Shown: positions 38,911 to 49,468, counted from the first letter of the stretch. The stretch: DNA of 64,000 nucleotides from Leptonemataceae bacterium (GCA_965227295.1 OZ245742.1:3008001-3072000), one strand, 5' to 3'. Notes: generated by a model not told the origin, from the sequence alone. Translations and numbers: made by a program.

Positions 38911-40956
38911 TTACGCAGAAAAATCGTCCAGCTCCCGGCGATTCGTGCGACGCAATTCGCGCAGATCGAAGCGGGCCGGGGCCTGGGCTGCCATGAGGTC
39001 CCGCTCGAGCCCGGTGATTTCTCCCGCGATGCGCGCCGCAAGGTACTCGGCGCCGAGGTGAGCGTACAGCAAACCGCGGGAACCCAGGGCTGTTAGTGTG
39101 TAGACGCCGGGGACGTAGATCTCCGGGCGCTGATCCTCGCGCGGTAACTCGATCGCGGCCGGGGCGCGGCCGGACTTAAGTTGTTCCAGGTAGAAGTTAC
39201 GAAGTTCATTGCGGTAATGCACCGGACCGATCAGCGGCAGACGATCGCGGCTGGTCGTGCGAAACTCTGCCCGGGCCGGCAGCTTTTCCGGCGCATTCGC
39301 AAGGCCGGCGAACACGGGACTGCGCGCGGTCAGTACGTCAAGCAGGCGCCGGTTTTGTTCGGGGATGACGTCGGGGTCATGGTTCCACTCCTCGAACGTT
39401 GCGCCGATGTGATGGTACAATTGATCGTCCGTGCCGCGGACCGGCGGGCTCGCGTAACCATCGTAGCAGAGAATACGCCGTAATGATTCGGTCGCGGGAT
39501 TCGCCGGGGCGGCAAGGGTCTGGCCGCGCACGGTTTTCAGCGGGTACTCCGGCACACCGTCCATGCTACTCAGTAAATCCAGACGCGAGGCTCCGTCGGT
39601 GATGATGACGGCCTCCGCGCGGGCGATCGTCTTACCGCCGGCATCGAGGACTTCCCAATCCTTCCCATTCCGGCGCAGGCGGGAGGCGTGAACCTGCGTG
39701 TGCAGCCGGATACCGTTTTGTTCGAGATGAGCGCGGCAGAGTTGCGGCGGCGCGGCGCACGGAGCGGTCGGGAAAAAGAGCCCGCCGTGATTGAGTTCTA
39801 TTCCGGCCAGGGACGAGGCCTCATCCGCCTCGACGTAGCGCGCAAATTCTTCCGGCAATGCCAGGGCCGCCAGGGATCGACGATAGCGTTCGACCAGGGC
39901 CGGGCTGTGCGCTAATAACAGAGCGCCGCACGTTAAGAAAAAAGGCGGATGATTCAAGTCCGCGAAACTTTGCAACAGGCGCTGGAAAAAACCGGAGGCG
40001 GCCAGAGCATAGCGCGTCGCGGCCGTGGGTTGCGCGCTCACGGCGGGTACGGCGATGCCGATGGCGTTGCCCGAGGCCCGTCGGCCCGGTCCGGCTTCGC
40101 GCTCCAACAGACTAACTTTCACTCCGCGCCGGCTCAGCGCCGCCGCCGCGGCCGTGCCGGCCAGACCCGCGCCGATGATCACGACGTTCTCTGCCGAAGG
40201 AACCCCGGCGTTGCCGCGGACCTGCGCCCTCCGGCCGATGAAGCGCCCGCGAAGCATGTCCCGCTTGCGTGCGAAGCCGGGAATCTTTTCGACCGTAAAG
40301 CCGGAATCGGCCAGGGCGCGCCGGGCCATGCCGGCACTCGTATAAGTGGCGAAGCTGGCATCGTCCGCGGAAAGACGGGCCAGTTCTTGAAAGAGATCGA
40401 TCATCCACATGTCCGGATTCTTTGCCGGGGCGAAACCATCCAGGAACCAGGCGTCCACATTCCAGACGTGCCCCGCTTCGAGGGCGGCGTAACACTCCAG
40501 CGCCTCACCGTACATGAGAAACAAAGTGGCGCGATCCTTGAACTGCAAGACGTGAATGCCCGGGTGCATGGGCGGATAACATTCGAGGAGTTCCTCCGCC
40601 TCGCGCCGCAGCTCCGGATACACGGCCAGGGCCCTGCGCAGATCTTCCGCGCGGAGCGGATGCTTCTCGCAGCTAATATACAGAAAACGTAAGTTAGAGG
40701 AAGCCCGCTCGCGAAACAGGCGCAGGCTTTCGCAGAAATTCAGGCCGGTGCCGAAGCCGGTTTCGCCGATGGTGAAGAGACCGTGTTCGCGTGCCGTGAA
40801 TCGTTCGGCGATACGATTGTGTTCGAGGAAGACATGCCGGCTTTCTTCCAGGCCGCCGGTTTCGTGGGAGTAGTAGACGTCATCGTATGTGAGTGAAATC
40901 GGCGTGCGGCCGTCGCGAAACTCCACCCGGGCGGGCTCGATGGGGCCGGTGATCAT
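38911..40956 (-). CDS. mnmC: Bifunctional tRNA mnm5s2U34 methyltransferase / FAD oxidoreductase
   Basis: DDVYYS, ETGFGTGLNF, WFLDGFAPAKNPDMW, IIGAGLAG, ASGN, LGSRGL. Confidence 0.95.
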   Translation of the reverse strand: MITGPIEPARVEFRDGRTPISLTYDDVYYSHETGGLEESRHVFLEHNRIAERFTAREHGLFTIGETGFGTGLNFCESLRLFRERASSNLRFLYISCEKHPLRAEDLRRALAVYPELRREAEELLECYPPMHPGIHVLQFKDRATLFLMYGEALECYAALEAGHVWNVDAWFLDGFAPAKNPDMWMIDLFQELARLSADDASFATYTSAGMARRALADSGFTVEKIPGFARKRDMLRGRFIGRRAQVRGNAGVPSAENVVIIGAGLAGTAAAAALSRRGVKVSLLEREAGPGRRASGNAIGIAVPAVSAQPTAATRYALAASGFFQRLLQSFADLNHPPFFLTCGALLLAHSPALVERYRRSLAALALPEEFARYVEADEASSLAGIELNHGGLFFPTAPCAAPPQLCRAHLEQNGIRLHTQVHASRLRRNGKDWEVLDAGGKTIARAEAVIITDGASRLDLLSSMDGVPEYPLKTVRGQTLAAPANPATESLRRILCYDGYASPPVRGTDDQLYHHIGATFEEWNHDPDVIPEQNRRLLDVLTARSPVFAGLANAPEKLPARAEFRTTSRDRLPLIGPVHYRNELRNFYLEQLKSGRAPAAIELPREDQRPEIYVPGVYTLTALGSRGLLYAHLGAEYLAARIAGEITGLERDLMAAQAPARFDLRELRRTNRRELDDFSA

Positions 40957-41018
40957 GGCCGCGATGATGAAAGCGATCGGGAAGATCGGTCAAGCCGTTT
41001 CGCCAGGCCGAACTAACG

Positions 41019-41384
41019 TTGCTTCCGTTTATTCCGCTCATGAAAGACGGCGGGCGATACATTGAACGCGCCTCGGAGAGAATACAGCACGAAGCTGATC
41101 TCTCTAACGATGAAAAAACGAGTTTACTGACGGTCTTATGCATCTATACTGGAATTCACGATCCCGAACGTGCGCGGGAAATTCTGAGCAAGGCAGGTCG
41201 GCTTATGATTGACTCACCCGTCTACGATTGGATTCGGCAGGAAGGTGTCGAGGAAGGCCGTGCGGAAGGAAAGCTCGAAGACGCGCAACGTATGCTGGAG
41301 CGCGGCATCGATCTCGCCACGGTCCTCGATGTTACCGGTTTGTCCGAAGACACGCTCCGCGAACGCGGGGTGTTGCCGGCCTGA
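41019..41384 (+). pseudogene. C-terminal fragment of Rpn/PD-(D/E)XK-like family gene (possibly expressing a 59-aa product from ATG 41205)
   Basis: Aligns to the C-terminal half of 59267-60061 (LPFIPLM, DEKTSLL, IYTGIHDPERAREI, SPVYDWIRQEG); N-terminal domain absent. Confidence 0.8.
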
Positions 41385-41396
41385 ACGAGCGGGGTC

Positions 41397-42134
41397 TCAG
41401 GACCCCGCCGGCGTTTTTTCCTGGACCTGCTGGTCCTTTTCTTCCTGGATCTTCTGCAATTCATCGAAGCCCGGCAGGCTGGAAAGATCGGGAAGAATCA
41501 CAATTTCGATGCGGCGGTTTTGCGCACGGCCGTCTTTGGTTTCGTTATCGCCCACGGGCGCGGTCTCCGCGAACGATGCGGCGCTCACCCGGACCGGCGG
41601 CATGCCGGCGTCGATCATGGTGTTGACCACGGTAATGGCCCGGCCGGCCCCGAGTTCCCAGTTCGAGCGAAAGCGCCGCGTGTTGATGGGCCAGTCGTCG
41701 GTGTGACCTTCAATCTGATACTTGCGTTCTTCGACTTCAACCAGCACGCTCGTGATTTCTTTGATCGTTTCGCGGCCTTCCGGGGACAGATCGGCGGAGC
41801 CGCTGGCGAAGAGGATGTCCGAGGGGAGTTCGACGGTCATGCGTCCGTCGACGATCTTTACTTTGAGTTTGCCGGCGTCGATGAGGTCCTTGAACTTCGC
41901 GAGCAGATCGCGGTACTCCTGAATGCGTTCGCGCGCTTCGCTGTTGCGCTCGCGCATTTCGGTGAGCGCGTCGGAGAGCGCGGAACGATCTTTGACGCAC
42001 GCGGCCTCGGTATCGGCCAGGTTTTGCTGGCACGCGTCCAGCTCGGCCTGGAGCTGATCGTACTTTTGCTGCGAAACGCAGGCGCTGCCCGCCGTGCTCG
42101 CAATGAGAATCATACTAAATAAGAAGCGTTGCAT
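41397..42134 (-). CDS. OmpA/MotB C-terminal-like lipoprotein
   Basis: CVSQQKY coiled coil; LFASGSA, IEGHTD, SNWELG, NRRIEI. Confidence 0.88.
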   Translation of the reverse strand: MQRFLFSMILIASTAGSACVSQQKYDQLQAELDACQQNLADTEAACVKDRSALSDALTEMRERNSEARERIQEYRDLLAKFKDLIDAGKLKVKIVDGRMTVELPSDILFASGSADLSPEGRETIKEITSVLVEVEERKYQIEGHTDDWPINTRRFRSNWELGAGRAITVVNTMIDAGMPPVRVSAASFAETAPVGDNETKDGRAQNRRIEIVILPDLSSLPGFDELQKIQEEKDQQVQEKTPAGS

Positions 42135-42179
42135 TACAATACCTCTGATAGTCCTACTTCGGCAAATCGGCAAGATACA

Positions 42180-43451
42180 TTATGCCTGCGCGTAACTTTC
42201 CAGAAATGCCCGCGCTGTTTCGACGCCGTTTTCGCCGCGAATGTTCCGACCGATTTCCGCCGCTCGTTCGATGATGACGGTGTTCCGAGTGGCCTCGGTG
42301 AGAGCTTCGGACAGTTTCTCGACGCTGAGTTTCTTCTGAGGGATGGCTCGCGGACCCGCGCCGAGTTCAAAAACCCGCCGGCCCCAGAACGGCTGATCCG
42401 CGAAGAACGGAACGATGATCGTCGGTCGCCCCGCGCGCAACCCGGCGGCCGTCGTGCCCGCCCCGCCGTGATGGACGACGGCCGCGGTCCGGGGAAACAG
42501 CCAGTGATGCGGGGCCTGGTCGATTTGTAAGATCGATTCCGGAAGATCGGCGGCCTTCAGTCCGCCCCAGCCCGTGGCCAGAATACCGCGCAGACCGGTC
42601 TGTTGCAGCGCCGCGATGACGATCTGCGCCAGGCGTTCCGGCCGGCGGCCCGCCATGCTGCCGAAGCCGATGTAGACCGGCAGATCCCCGGCGTTCAGAA
42701 AGTCCGTCAGTTCCCGGGGCGGCTGCCAGTCCACTCGTTCATCGAGGAACCAGTAGCCGGTGATCTTCGCGGAGTCCGGCCAATCGGCGGGGCGCGGGAA
42801 CACGGCCTTACTGAATGCATGCAACACGGGGATGTCTGCGCCGTCCGTAGTTTTTAACAGATCGAACTTAGCTTTCGGTAATCCGCACTTACGGCGAAAG
42901 TCGCGAATGTACGTACCGAGACCGAGCTTCGTCGCGAAGTGAATGAAGCGATAGCTCAGTCGATTGTACCAGCCGCCCAGCTTCCAGTTCGGTAGCAGAA
43001 AGAACGGATGCTCCGACGTCGGCACGTACATCGGTAGCGGGGTGGCGAGCACCACCGGCACGCCCAGTTCTTCGGCGATGTGCGGGCCCGCCGCCGCCTT
43101 CGGATGATAGACGATCAGTTGCGGCCGGAACGCCAGGGCGACGTCGCGAAACTCGTACATCTGCGCGATCTGGGCCGGCTTCATTTCCCGGGCGACCTTG
43201 ATCGCACCCCGGGCCATCCGCAACAGATTGCCGCCGGTTTCGAGCAGGGCCCTGCCCTCGTCGGTATCGAGCAGGGCGAGCACCGTATCGTTGACGTGGC
43301 CGTAGGCGAGGCCGTGGTCTTCAATGAACGATTGAAAGCGCGAAGCCGTGGCGACGCAAACTTCATGTCCGGCGGTCTTTAGCCGCAGGCCGAGGGCGAC
43401 GTAGGGTTGCACATCGCCTCGGGTTCCGAAGGTCATGATCAGGATTTTCAC
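42180..43451 (-). CDS. GT1 glycosyltransferase (sterol-glucosyltransferase-like)
   Basis: GTRGDVQPY, YIGFGSM, HHGGAGTT, PFFADQPFWG. Confidence 0.9.
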   Translation of the reverse strand: MKILIMTFGTRGDVQPYVALGLRLKTAGHEVCVATASRFQSFIEDHGLAYGHVNDTVLALLDTDEGRALLETGGNLLRMARGAIKVAREMKPAQIAQMYEFRDVALAFRPQLIVYHPKAAAGPHIAEELGVPVVLATPLPMYVPTSEHPFFLLPNWKLGGWYNRLSYRFIHFATKLGLGTYIRDFRRKCGLPKAKFDLLKTTDGADIPVLHAFSKAVFPRPADWPDSAKITGYWFLDERVDWQPPRELTDFLNAGDLPVYIGFGSMAGRRPERLAQIVIAALQQTGLRGILATGWGGLKAADLPESILQIDQAPHHWLFPRTAAVVHHGGAGTTAAGLRAGRPTIIVPFFADQPFWGRRVFELGAGPRAIPQKKLSVEKLSEALTEATRNTVIIERAAEIGRNIRGENGVETARAFLESYAQA

Positions 43452-44119
43452 AAGGGCTGCGTCGCCGCCTTCAGCTTATCGAGATCCGCCCCGGTAATCG
43501 CTTCGACGTTCGCTTCAATTTTCTCCGGCGCCCAGTCCCACCAGCGAATCTCCAACAACGCCGCGATGGTCGCTTCGTCGAAGCGTTTCTTGATGGGCTT
43601 CGCGGGGTTGCCGCCGACGATCGTGTAGGGCTCCACGTCTTTTACGACGACGGAACGCGCACTGATGATTGCACCGTCACCGATCGTAACGTCCGGCATG
43701 ATCACGGCGTCCATGCCGATCCAGACGTCGTTGCCGACGATCGTGTCGCCCTTGCGTCCGGGAATTTCAAAAAGGGCCTGCACATCCTCCGGAGTCATGT
43801 CCGGGGTCATGAGAAAGTTCTGGAACGGGTAAGTGGAGAACCCGCTCATGTTATGATTCGCCGAACTGGTAATGAACTGCACGCCGTGGGCGAACTGGCA
43901 GAACTTGCCGATGACGAGTTGCTCCGGGCTCGGCGGAAAGAGATACGGGGCCAGCGCGGAGGCGTAGTCCTCCAGCTCGGTGAAGTTATGATAATAGCTG
44001 AAGTCGCCGATGGAGATGCGCGGATGATCGACGACCTGGTTCAGATGCACGACCTGACGAATGACGGTGCCGTCCGGCATCACCATGGGATGTTTTTTGT
44101 TCGGATCGAGCAGGGGCAT
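43448..44119 (-). CDS. CatB/Vat-related hexapeptide O-acetyltransferase
   Basis: IGDFSYY, IGKFC, ANH...STYPF, GNDVWIG, VGGNPAKPIKKRF, WWDW. Confidence 0.9.
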   Translation of the reverse strand: MPLLDPNKKHPMVMPDGTVIRQVVHLNQVVDHPRISIGDFSYYHNFTELEDYASALAPYLFPPSPEQLVIGKFCQFAHGVQFITSSANHNMSGFSTYPFQNFLMTPDMTPEDVQALFEIPGRKGDTIVGNDVWIGMDAVIMPDVTIGDGAIISARSVVVKDVEPYTIVGGNPAKPIKKRFDEATIAALLEIRWWDWAPEKIEANVEAITGADLDKLKAATQPL

Positions 44120-44205
44120 GGGATTCCTGGAGAGACGGACTTGATTTTGTGAGAACTTTGCCGATACATCAAGCGTCGGACTACCACAGTCGCGACAGGG
44201 GTCCC

Positions 44206-45033
44206 ATGCGTTCACTGTTTTTTTGTAAAATCATCCTGTCCTGCACTTTGCTGCTGCCGGTCGTCCTGCCCGCGCAAACGTCGCCGCCGGATCTTACCAC
44301 CGCGCAGGAACTACGCCGCCAGGGAAAGTTCACGGCGGCCCTGAAGGAACTCGACGATCCGAAGTACTCCGCTTCCCGGGAGGCGGAACTGTTGCGCGCG
44401 AAACTCTTCCTGGATCTCGATCGCCTGCGCGAGGCCGGCGGTATCTACGACGCCCTGTGTCCGGTGGTGCAATCTTACGATTGCTGGAATTCCCTCGGCG
44501 TTGTTCGCATGATGCTCGGCGGTTACTCCGAAGCGGCCGAAGCCTTTCAGAAAGCGGTCGCGGCCAATCCCGGTTCCGCCGCCGGTTATTCCAACCTCGC
44601 ATTGGCCTACCAGTCCGCGTTTCAGATGGCGAAGGCCGGCGAGGCCCATCGCCGGGCCGTGCGCCTGGCCCCGGGCGATCCGATCATGCACATCAACTAC
44701 GGCGCCTTCTTGTATCGCGAGCGCAAGCTGGACGAGGCCGAAGAGCTCTTTGATCAGCTCATGCGCACGCACGCGGATCTTTTTTATGTACGTCTCTATC
44801 GCGGGCAGATCTATCTTGCCCGGCGCCAGTACGAACAGGCCCTGCGCGAACTGGACGCCGGCATTCAACTGAACGCGAAGTTTTTTGATTTGTATTATTA
44901 TCGCGCCGTGGCACGGTATCGCCTGCGGGATCCGGGCGGGGCGCTTTCCGATTTACAGATGGCCGATCGCCTGGAACCGCTGAACGGCAAGACCCGGGAA
45001 CTCCGGGACATCATCCAGAAGAAACGCCGCTGA
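44206..45033 (+). CDS. Exported TPR protein
   Basis: Signal peptide; tandem TPR consensus. Confidence 0.8.
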   Translation: MRSLFFCKIILSCTLLLPVVLPAQTSPPDLTTAQELRRQGKFTAALKELDDPKYSASREAELLRAKLFLDLDRLREAGGIYDALCPVVQSYDCWNSLGVVRMMLGGYSEAAEAFQKAVAANPGSAAGYSNLALAYQSAFQMAKAGEAHRRAVRLAPGDPIMHINYGAFLYRERKLDEAEELFDQLMRTHADLFYVRLYRGQIYLARRQYEQALRELDAGIQLNAKFFDLYYYRAVARYRLRDPGGALSDLQMADRLEPLNGKTRELRDIIQKKRR

Positions 45034-45049
45034 ACCGGAAATGATACTC

Positions 45050-46204
45050 ATGCGCAGTCGATACAGGCAAAAACACATCGCCGGATTGCCGGCCCTGGCC
45101 GTCGCGCTCGTGCTGGCCTCGGCTAATCTTACGGCACAAACATCTTACGAAGAGAAGTCTGCGGCCCTCGCTTTGCTTGAGCCGCCCGTGACCGTGTTTA
45201 CGTTCTCCGGCGCGCGCGGAACGGTGCTCACGGCGGAGCGCGGCACCCGCGTGTACGTCCCGCCGTACGCCCTGCGTTATGCCGACGGTCGGGAGGATCA
45301 CGAAGAAAGCGTCCGCGAAACCGTGGTCTTGCGCCTCACCGAACGCCTGGAGGCCCTGGACTTCGCGGGCATGCCGCCGGGTACGGTTTATCCGGACGGT
45401 GCGCTGCTCATTCCTTCGGGCATGCTGGAACTCAGGGCGGTGACCGAGGGCGGCCGGCCGCTCGAGCTCGCACCGAATACTCAACTGAGCGTCTTTCTTC
45501 CGGAAGTACGCGCGGACAGCGTGACCGGGGGGAACGCCGTGTATCACTTCAGGGCATCCGAAGGCTGGCATCGTCGTTCCGATGCCGGTATACATCGTTC
45601 GGGTGCCCGGGCTTCCGATGATGCCGACCGGCCGCCGGTGCGCGGTGTGCGTGAGTTTCAGGTGAACGCCCTCGGCGCGTGGATGATCGGCCGACCGGCC
45701 GAAGCGCCCACGACCTGCCTGGAAGGTCGCGTGCATCGTCGCGCCGGCAGTCCCGGCGCCGGTGAGGGCAATCAGGTGCATGCCGTCAACGTCGAGGGTC
45801 GCGGCGCGTTTCAGGCGGAGTTTCGCGGTGATCGCTTTCGGGTGGAGTCTTTTCGGGATGAGCACGTGAAGTTGGTGGTGTTGTCCGAGGACGGTTTCGC
45901 CGGAGTGAGCGCGGAGTTCCTTCCGGCAAAGTTAACCCGCAACGGTTCAAGGCAGAACGGCGCCTGCCGCGACGCCGGTGTCGTGCGACTGGAGGTCGTG
46001 CCCGACGATGCCCGCTATGATCGCACGGCCTTTCGCGAAACCCTGGGGTTTTCGGAGCCGCTCTACGGCGTGGCGTACCCCCCGCCGCCGAACGGCTTCG
46101 ACGCTACGAAAGGCCTCTGGCCGCCCCAGGGCCTCGCGTCCGGTTCCGATTTGTTGTTCTTTGTGATTACGGTCGCCCTGTCCGCGGCGTCCGGTCTGAA
46201 GTAG
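45050..46204 (+). CDS. Exported hypothetical protein
   Basis: Long ORF, signal-like N-terminus, GMLELRA motif. Confidence 0.6.
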   Translation: MRSRYRQKHIAGLPALAVALVLASANLTAQTSYEEKSAALALLEPPVTVFTFSGARGTVLTAERGTRVYVPPYALRYADGREDHEESVRETVVLRLTERLEALDFAGMPPGTVYPDGALLIPSGMLELRAVTEGGRPLELAPNTQLSVFLPEVRADSVTGGNAVYHFRASEGWHRRSDAGIHRSGARASDDADRPPVRGVREFQVNALGAWMIGRPAEAPTTCLEGRVHRRAGSPGAGEGNQVHAVNVEGRGAFQAEFRGDRFRVESFRDEHVKLVVLSEDGFAGVSAEFLPAKLTRNGSRQNGACRDAGVVRLEVVPDDARYDRTAFRETLGFSEPLYGVAYPPPPNGFDATKGLWPPQGLASGSDLLFFVITVALSAASGLK

Positions 46205-46213
46205 GGCGCGGCT

Positions 46214-47308
46214 TCACGCCGTCGCGGGAAAGCCGATCACAAAAATCTGATGCGACGCCGGATGGGTGGCGCACAGCGTACGGCCCGCCGCGGCCCAGGT
46301 GACGGCCCCCCTTAACTGCGGGGCATCGTATCTTACCGTGCCGTCGTAGATGGAACCGTCGCCCGGATCCAGGCGCAGTTGTGTGGCGACGGCGTTCGGA
46401 GAATCCAGGTCGCCGTCGTCCATGAGTTCCAGGCGCACCCGGCGAAAGACGCTGCCGAAGATGTCCGTGTAGAGCAGATACTCGCCCTCGCGATCGTCCA
46501 CGAGAAAGCCGTGCTTGCTGTACTGAATGCGCGGCGGGGTGATGAACAAACCGCCGAAGCCGCTGAAGCCGCCGCAGGGCCGCAAAAGCGGGCGCGGTTT
46601 GTTAGATTCTTCCGGCTGCATGTTAAGCATTCGGCGGGCCGCGGCGTCCGGCGTCCGCCAGGCGTCGGCCTTCAGCGTATTCAGGAATTCCTCGTGCCGG
46701 CCTTCCAGGCGGTCCGGCGGCGTGACGGCAAAGTCCACGCCGAGGGATCGTAGAGCGGGCAGTACCGGCAGCGTTTCCGCAATCTCCAGGGCCCGGCGCC
46801 GGTAGTGGGCCATGCCGGCCCGCCAGGCGCTGACGATGCCCATGTCCAGATACGTTTGCATGTCCGTTGCGCCGTCGCCGATGCGCAGCATGTCCGCGAC
46901 CCATTGTTCCGGCCGGGCGCCGGTGGTGCGTGAGAGATTGTAGAGCGCGTTCGCGATGGAGCCGCTGAAGCGGCGCGGCTCCGCGAGCAGCATGGCACTG
47001 ACATCGTGCAGGATTTGCGTGAGTGATTCTTCGAAGCCTGGATACTTGCCGGCGTGACCGAGGTAGTCTTTGCCCGTAAGATCGAGCACGCGATCGTACA
47101 ATGCATGGACCGCGTCGCGGACCCGGTCGGCGGGGGCGTTCCCGCGACTCCACTCCGCGAGCAGCGGTTCGACGATCTTCACGAGCGCTAATGTAAACTC
47201 GTGGGACTCTAAGCGCGGATACATGGAACGCGCCATGGCGAAGCGTGCGTTGAAGCGGTCCCGGCCGTCCCGGAGGATGCTCGCGAATGTTTCACTTACT
47301 TGCGTCAT
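46214..47308 (-). CDS. Conserved hypothetical protein downstream of AAA ATPase
   Basis: AWRAGMAHYR, GGFSGFGGLFITPP. Confidence 0.7.
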   Translation of the reverse strand: MTQVSETFASILRDGRDRFNARFAMARSMYPRLESHEFTLALVKIVEPLLAEWSRGNAPADRVRDAVHALYDRVLDLTGKDYLGHAGKYPGFEESLTQILHDVSAMLLAEPRRFSGSIANALYNLSRTTGARPEQWVADMLRIGDGATDMQTYLDMGIVSAWRAGMAHYRRRALEIAETLPVLPALRSLGVDFAVTPPDRLEGRHEEFLNTLKADAWRTPDAAARRMLNMQPEESNKPRPLLRPCGGFSGFGGLFITPPRIQYSKHGFLVDDREGEYLLYTDIFGSVFRRVRLELMDDGDLDSPNAVATQLRLDPGDGSIYDGTVRYDAPQLRGAVTWAAAGRTLCATHPASHQIFVIGFPATA

Positions 47309-47328
47309 GGGTGGATTGCAAATTGACT

Positions 47329-47455
47329 CCGAGGACCGAGAGGCCGAGGGAAGATGGAGCAGCCCGACCCCGCGCGCGACCAACAGGACGTTGGAAGTGT
47401 CCGCGGAGGCATGGATGCCGGGAGCGGATTCGCGCGGAGGGGCACGCCCAAAAAA
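47329..47455 (-). repeat. Structured intergenic element related to copies A/B (Flavo-1-like architecture)
   Basis: Minus strand TTTGGGCGTGCCCCTCCGC...GCGGGGTCGGGCTGCTCC...CGGTCCT. Confidence 0.6.
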
Positions 47456-47483
47456 CCAACTCTAACTCCCATCATTTCTGGTC

Positions 47484-49079
47484 TTAGTTTTTCCACTTCA
47501 CCCACTGCAAGTAGTTCGTGTAGCGTTGATGTAAATACTTTAACTTCAGCACATCGTCGAACACATGGCCGTACAGCTTGCGTTGTTTCGCGATGCCGTC
47601 GATGAGGCGTTCGATCTTCACCAGGCGTTCTTTGGTTTCTTTTTCGGTGACGCCGTCGAGGCCCCGGGCGAACTCCTCTTCGAGATCGCGGATGGGGTCT
47701 TTGGTGTCGAGGCTGAGGCGGTCGAACTCGGCGCAGGACATTTCGAACAGGCGACGCAGCCAGGAGATCTTGTCCACGCGAAAGACGCGGTGCTCGGGCT
47801 GTTCGAAGAACGGCGACTCGGAATTCTGGACGAGTTTGTCGTGCAACACAAACGGCAGGATTTGCCGCACGTCCTCGAAGGAAACGACGCGCTCGCCGCG
47901 AAAGTAGGCGAGGGCCTTTACGAAAACCAGGGCCGTCATGATGGCGCGTACCGACAGGCCGTTCTGAGTTTGCGAGCCGGGATCTTTGATGCGATCCTTG
48001 CCGCTTTCTTCGGCGGCCAGCAATCGAAAGTCGATGCCCGAGAGTTTTGCCGTGTCCTTGGTTTTGTACTCGATTTGCTGCCCCGCCGATTCCATGAATT
48101 CGAACTGGGCGGCAAAAAACTCGATGCGTCTTAACAATTCCTGAGGTAACTCTACGGCCAGGATCTCGCGATTGATTTGCGTGAGCTCTTCCTCGGTGAA
48201 GATGATGTCCTCGGGCACCATCTCCTCGGGTTTCGCGCCGGCCTCTATGCGCGCGAGCAAATCTTTAATGAACCGCGTATTAAAGTGCAGCGCCTTTACG
48301 ACGATGTCGATGCGATCCTGCAAGGCTTCGATGACCTGGTAGGTCCCGCCGCCGGCGTCGTCGTTGGCGGTGAGATACCAGGCCGCGTCCGGGCACTCGT
48401 AGACCTGGTCCATGATCTCGGCGTAGTTGTCCGCGAGCACCGTAAGCAGCGCCGACTGCGTACGCGTGGGGATGCGGTTGTACTCGTCGATGATCTTCAC
48501 GCGCATGCCCAGCCACTTACGCCAGGCGATTTTGATTTCGCTCATGTCCTTCGCGTTCATGAGGTCCGAGGGAATGGGGTTGCCCAGCAAATCCGAGACC
48601 GTCATCTGCGGCTGACCGTGCTGGATCGACCGTCGAATCTCGCTCAGGCTGTAACCCGCCAGTACGCCCATGAGAATCGCCGACGCCGTTTTGCCGCGCC
48701 CGGGACCGCCCACTAACAGACAGCGACGACGGGTTACGAGATTCAACAGCGGCATGAGCACGAAGCTGCTGTAGCTTTGACTGGAAGGCAGGACCAGCTC
48801 GGACTTCGCGTCGCCGAGCACGTAGGTTTTCGGCGGATCGTCGTTGTACTCGATGTCGTAGTACGGGCTGATGATGGCGTAGTTAATGATCCAGAAGTAG
48901 GCCTGGCGTAACTTCTCGTCCAGGCGACTTTCGTCGCTCGTGGCCGGCGAGCCGGCACTGCCTCCCGCCGGCCCTTTTTCGTAGAGATCGGCGACGTCGA
49001 AGCGGGTCGTCGTACTGCCCGCGCCGGGACGCGTGGGGGACTCGGAGACCTTGCCGCCTTTTTTACCAAACAATGCCAT
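47484..49079 (-). CDS. MoxR-like AAA+ ATPase
   Basis: GGPGRGKT, IIDEYNRIPTRTQSALL, TAND, DRID. Confidence 0.88.
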   Translation of the reverse strand: MALFGKKGGKVSESPTRPGAGSTTTRFDVADLYEKGPAGGSAGSPATSDESRLDEKLRQAYFWIINYAIISPYYDIEYNDDPPKTYVLGDAKSELVLPSSQSYSSFVLMPLLNLVTRRRCLLVGGPGRGKTASAILMGVLAGYSLSEIRRSIQHGQPQMTVSDLLGNPIPSDLMNAKDMSEIKIAWRKWLGMRVKIIDEYNRIPTRTQSALLTVLADNYAEIMDQVYECPDAAWYLTANDDAGGGTYQVIEALQDRIDIVVKALHFNTRFIKDLLARIEAGAKPEEMVPEDIIFTEEELTQINREILAVELPQELLRRIEFFAAQFEFMESAGQQIEYKTKDTAKLSGIDFRLLAAEESGKDRIKDPGSQTQNGLSVRAIMTALVFVKALAYFRGERVVSFEDVRQILPFVLHDKLVQNSESPFFEQPEHRVFRVDKISWLRRLFEMSCAEFDRLSLDTKDPIRDLEEEFARGLDGVTEKETKERLVKIERLIDGIAKQRKLYGHVFDDVLKLKYLHQRYTNYLQWVKWKN

Positions 49080-49468
49080 GGCGGGATGTTGCCGTCACCG
49101 CCATGGCATGCAAGTGAAATTGTGATAGGTACTACGTCGTTAGAGCGGCGCAGCCCCCGATGTCTGGCACTGTTTGATCGGAAGAGCGGCCAGCGGGCAT
49201 CCGGGCGGCGGTGCCTCCCGCTGTACGTTTTGCGTTTGCGGTGAGTCCGCGACCCCGGCCTCGGGGAGTGTCTCCATCGGGATCGCAATCGTGGTCGCTG
49301 CCACCGTATTATGGGTAACGCCGATACCTGGAACGTGACCTGTCCGGAGCAATCATCACAGAGATCTGAAAAAAAAGATGATTTCTTGTTTTTTTAGTTT
49401 TCACTACATGTACGCTCAATGACAGCTTCATCGTCGATATGATGGATGATGTCAGGCGCGACCGATCT

